This document shows positions 62,501 through 64,000 of a stretch of DNA of 64,000 bases, one piece after another. The stretch is from Elusimicrobiales bacterium (GTDB taxonomy: Bacteria > Elusimicrobiota > Elusimicrobia > Elusimicrobiales > UBA9959): NCBI GenBank assembly GCA_041665305.1, contig JBAYJD010000008.1, forward strand, positions 9,209 through 73,208. The letters are read 5' to 3'. Numbering within the stretch: position 1 is the stretch's first letter; every line of letters starts with the position of its first letter. Position numbers and translations under genes: made by a program. The notes under the pieces are model-generated. The model saw only the letters and a list, made by a program, of their open reading frames with translations. It ran no database searches and was not told where the DNA came from.

Positions 62501-63021
62501 AATCTCAAAAAGTGTCGAACATTGTTGTTCCGGAAGCGCTAGAAAAACAGATAATTCTGATCCGCGGCCACCGGGTGATGCTGGACCGTGACCTGGCCAG
62601 GACATACGGAGTGACAACTGCGCGTCTCAACGAGCAGATTAAGAGGAATCGCAAACGGTTTCCTGATGATTTTGTGTTTCAACTCACTAAACAGGAGATG
62701 ACCGATTGGATATCGCAAACTGCGACATCCAATTCCGCGATAAAGATGGGTTTGCGTAAGCCTCCGTTCGCCTTCACGGAACACGGCGCGGTTGCCGCAG
62801 CCTTCGTCCTCAACAGTCCCATCGCCGTGGCCGCCAGCGTTCAAATCGTGCGGGCTTTCGTACGGCTTCGAGAGATGGTTGGTACCCATGCGGCCCTGGC
62901 GCGCAAACTTCAGGAACTGGAAAAGAGGTATGACACCCAATTCAAGGTTGTATTCGATGCGATCAGGGAACTGATGAGCCCGCCGGAAACGCCGAGGCGG
63001 GCCATTGGCTTTCGGCCATAA
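62497..63021 (+). CDS. ORF6N-domain DNA-binding protein
   Basis: IRGHRVMLDRDLARTYGVTTARLNEQIKRNRKRFPDDFVFQLTKQE is the canonical ORF6N/KilA-N-related motif. Confidence 0.85.
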   Translation: MKSQKVSNIVVPEALEKQIILIRGHRVMLDRDLARTYGVTTARLNEQIKRNRKRFPDDFVFQLTKQEMTDWISQTATSNSAIKMGLRKPPFAFTEHGAVAAAFVLNSPIAVAASVQIVRAFVRLREMVGTHAALARKLQELEKRYDTQFKVVFDAIRELMSPPETPRRAIGFRP

Positions 63022-63030
63022 GGTTTTCTT

Positions 63031-63345
63031 ATGAACACATTGATGGAGTATTTGTATCGAGATGCGTCGAATTACAAACAGTACGGCAGCATCGTGTTGC
63101 AGGGGTCTATAGCTCTAACCAGCATCCGCCATTTATTGTTCGATAAAACATATTTTATCCCGTCCCAGGTCGGTCTTCCCGATTTACACCATAAATTTGC
63201 AGAGCAGGGCTTTGAGTATCCGACCGAGGATGACCACGAGTGGCATGAAATCATATCAATGCGGCCGACTTCACGGGAACCGACAACTCCGCTGCAGCGA
63301 AACGAGTTTTTGTCCCGGTTGAGGAAATCTAAGGGCGAAAAATAA
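63031..63345 (+). CDS. hypothetical protein (104 aa)
   Basis: Open frame starting 9 nt after the ORF6N gene stop, so apparently co-transcribed with it. No motif recognised. Confidence 0.45.
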   Translation: MNTLMEYLYRDASNYKQYGSIVLQGSIALTSIRHLLFDKTYFIPSQVGLPDLHHKFAEQGFEYPTEDDHEWHEIISMRPTSREPTTPLQRNEFLSRLRKSKGEK

Positions 63346-63400
63346 TCATTTTCATCGCGACAGGACGCTGTCGGGGTCGTCTGCTATACTTTTAATATGA
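63338..63400 (+). promoter_or_regulatory. promoter/operator module, copy 2
   Basis: Same ~63-bp module, exactly 900 bp downstream of copy 1, with ~7 substitutions. Followed by the ATG at 63397 of a 44-codon ORF of uncertain reality. Confidence 0.5.
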
Positions 63401-63593
63401 GATTCTATTTTAAACCTAGCGGAAATCATCATCGGAAATCTGCAAAAGATATTGAGGGCGAAGCAAAAAAGTCATTGACGTTTTTGGGCTCAAGTGTTAT
63501 ACTATACTTGCGTCTGGGAGGAGTCGCCTAGCGTCTCCTAAGAAAGGCTGTCAAGCCTTATCCCCAGTCGCTTTTTTTTGGGGGGTACAAATC

Positions 63594-64000
63594 ATGTACT
63601 TTTGTTATATTGACGAATCTGGGACACCGGACATCCCAGGTAATTCGAATCATTATATCTTAGCAGGTGTTTCTATCCCGGTTTTTGAATGGAAAGATCT
63701 GGATGCACAAGTAACAGCCTTCAAAAATAGATGGGCGCTTGCTGACGCAGAAATCCATGTCGCATGGCTGCTGCGTTCATTATACGAGCAAAACAAGATT
63801 CCCAATTTTGAATCGCTATCGTATTCTGATAGAAGAACTCAGGTTATTTACTTCCGCAACACGGAAATATTACGTTTGCAGAAAAGCAATCCCAAGTCTT
63901 TGCCACAAGTCAGAAAGACCCATAGAAACACAGAGGCATATATCCATTTGACAATATCGGAGCGTCGCCAAATTGCGCTTCAGTTTGCGGAATTAATAGG
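63594..64000 (+). CDS. DUF3800-family protein (3' end cut by window edge)
   Basis: MYFCYIDESGTPD N-terminus is the DUF3800 signature. The frame is open to the end of the window. Absent from the ORF track because no stop codon is reached. Confidence 0.65.
   Translation, partial: MYFCYIDESGTPDIPGNSNHYILAGVSIPVFEWKDLDAQVTAFKNRWALADAEIHVAWLLRSLYEQNKIPNFESLSYSDRRTQVIYFRNTEILRLQKSNPKSLPQVRKTHRNTEAYIHLTISERRQIALQFAELI

Noticed and set aside
1-64000. CRISPR arrays, tRNA, rRNA or other structured RNA genes
   Set aside because: No regularly spaced short direct repeats, no cloverleaf-compatible segments and no rRNA-like conserved blocks were seen. The only tandem repeat periodicity found, 42 nt x3 at 50393-50503, is coding.

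Overview
The window is a bacterial chromosomal segment with strongly mosaic GC content. I found no rRNA, tRNA or CRISPR array.

**Layout, left to right**
- (1) 1-3.2 kb: redox genes, namely a partial rubrerythrin, a ferric-reductase-like flavoprotein and a secreted TIM-barrel-like protein.
- (2) 3.2-34 kb: a Wzx/Wzy-dependent exopolysaccharide or O-antigen locus.
  - Export and regulation genes: Wza-like, Wzc-like tyrosine kinase, LMW tyrosine phosphatase and an outer-membrane barrel.
  - Assembly genes: flippase, two Wzy/ligase-like proteins and seven glycosyltransferases.
  - Modification genes: pyruvyl transferase with an F420-dehydrogenase-like FeS partner, and an acetyltransferase.
  - A bacillosamine-like nucleotide-sugar set: PglC-, PglE- and PglF-like, GalE, and two dehydrogenase/epimerases.
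  - The locus is interrupted at 26.4-29.6 kb by a 3.2 kb islet carrying AbiEi/AbiEii and a DUF4143 ATPase. The islet is bounded by a duplicated 3' end of the sugar-transferase gene.
- (3) 34-43 kb: a very GC-rich SNF2 helicase plus SWIM zinc-finger pair, a cNMP-binding protein and two PAS/GAF histidine kinases.
- (4) 44.3-62 kb: the most interesting part, a multi-RiPP island.
- (5) 62-64 kb: an accessory tail with ORF6N, a hypothetical protein, duplicated promoter modules and a partial DUF3800 gene.

**The RiPP island (44.3-62 kb)**
- It encodes a short, divergent sigma-54-like factor.
- It holds three precursor-peptide operons:
  - a class III lanthipeptide operon with two unannotated LanA genes, LanKC and an ABC exporter;
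  - a precursor with three SGFNRAPEL repeats, a radical SAM/SPASM enzyme and an MFS exporter;
  - a third set of small peptides with a small radical SAM enzyme and a GNAT.
- It also encodes a solute-binding protein, a hybrid kinase, a small helical protein, an NtrC-type enhancer-binding regulator and an S8 protease.
- The sigma factor gene and all three precursor operons are preceded by the same 19-nt element, CTGCCATAAAAATTGCTCC. It has -24/-12 spacing but carries GC instead of GG at -24.
- The three precursor operons also carry phased TCAAAATGA enhancer-like repeats upstream.

All function calls rest on motifs read by eye from the translations. No database search was possible.
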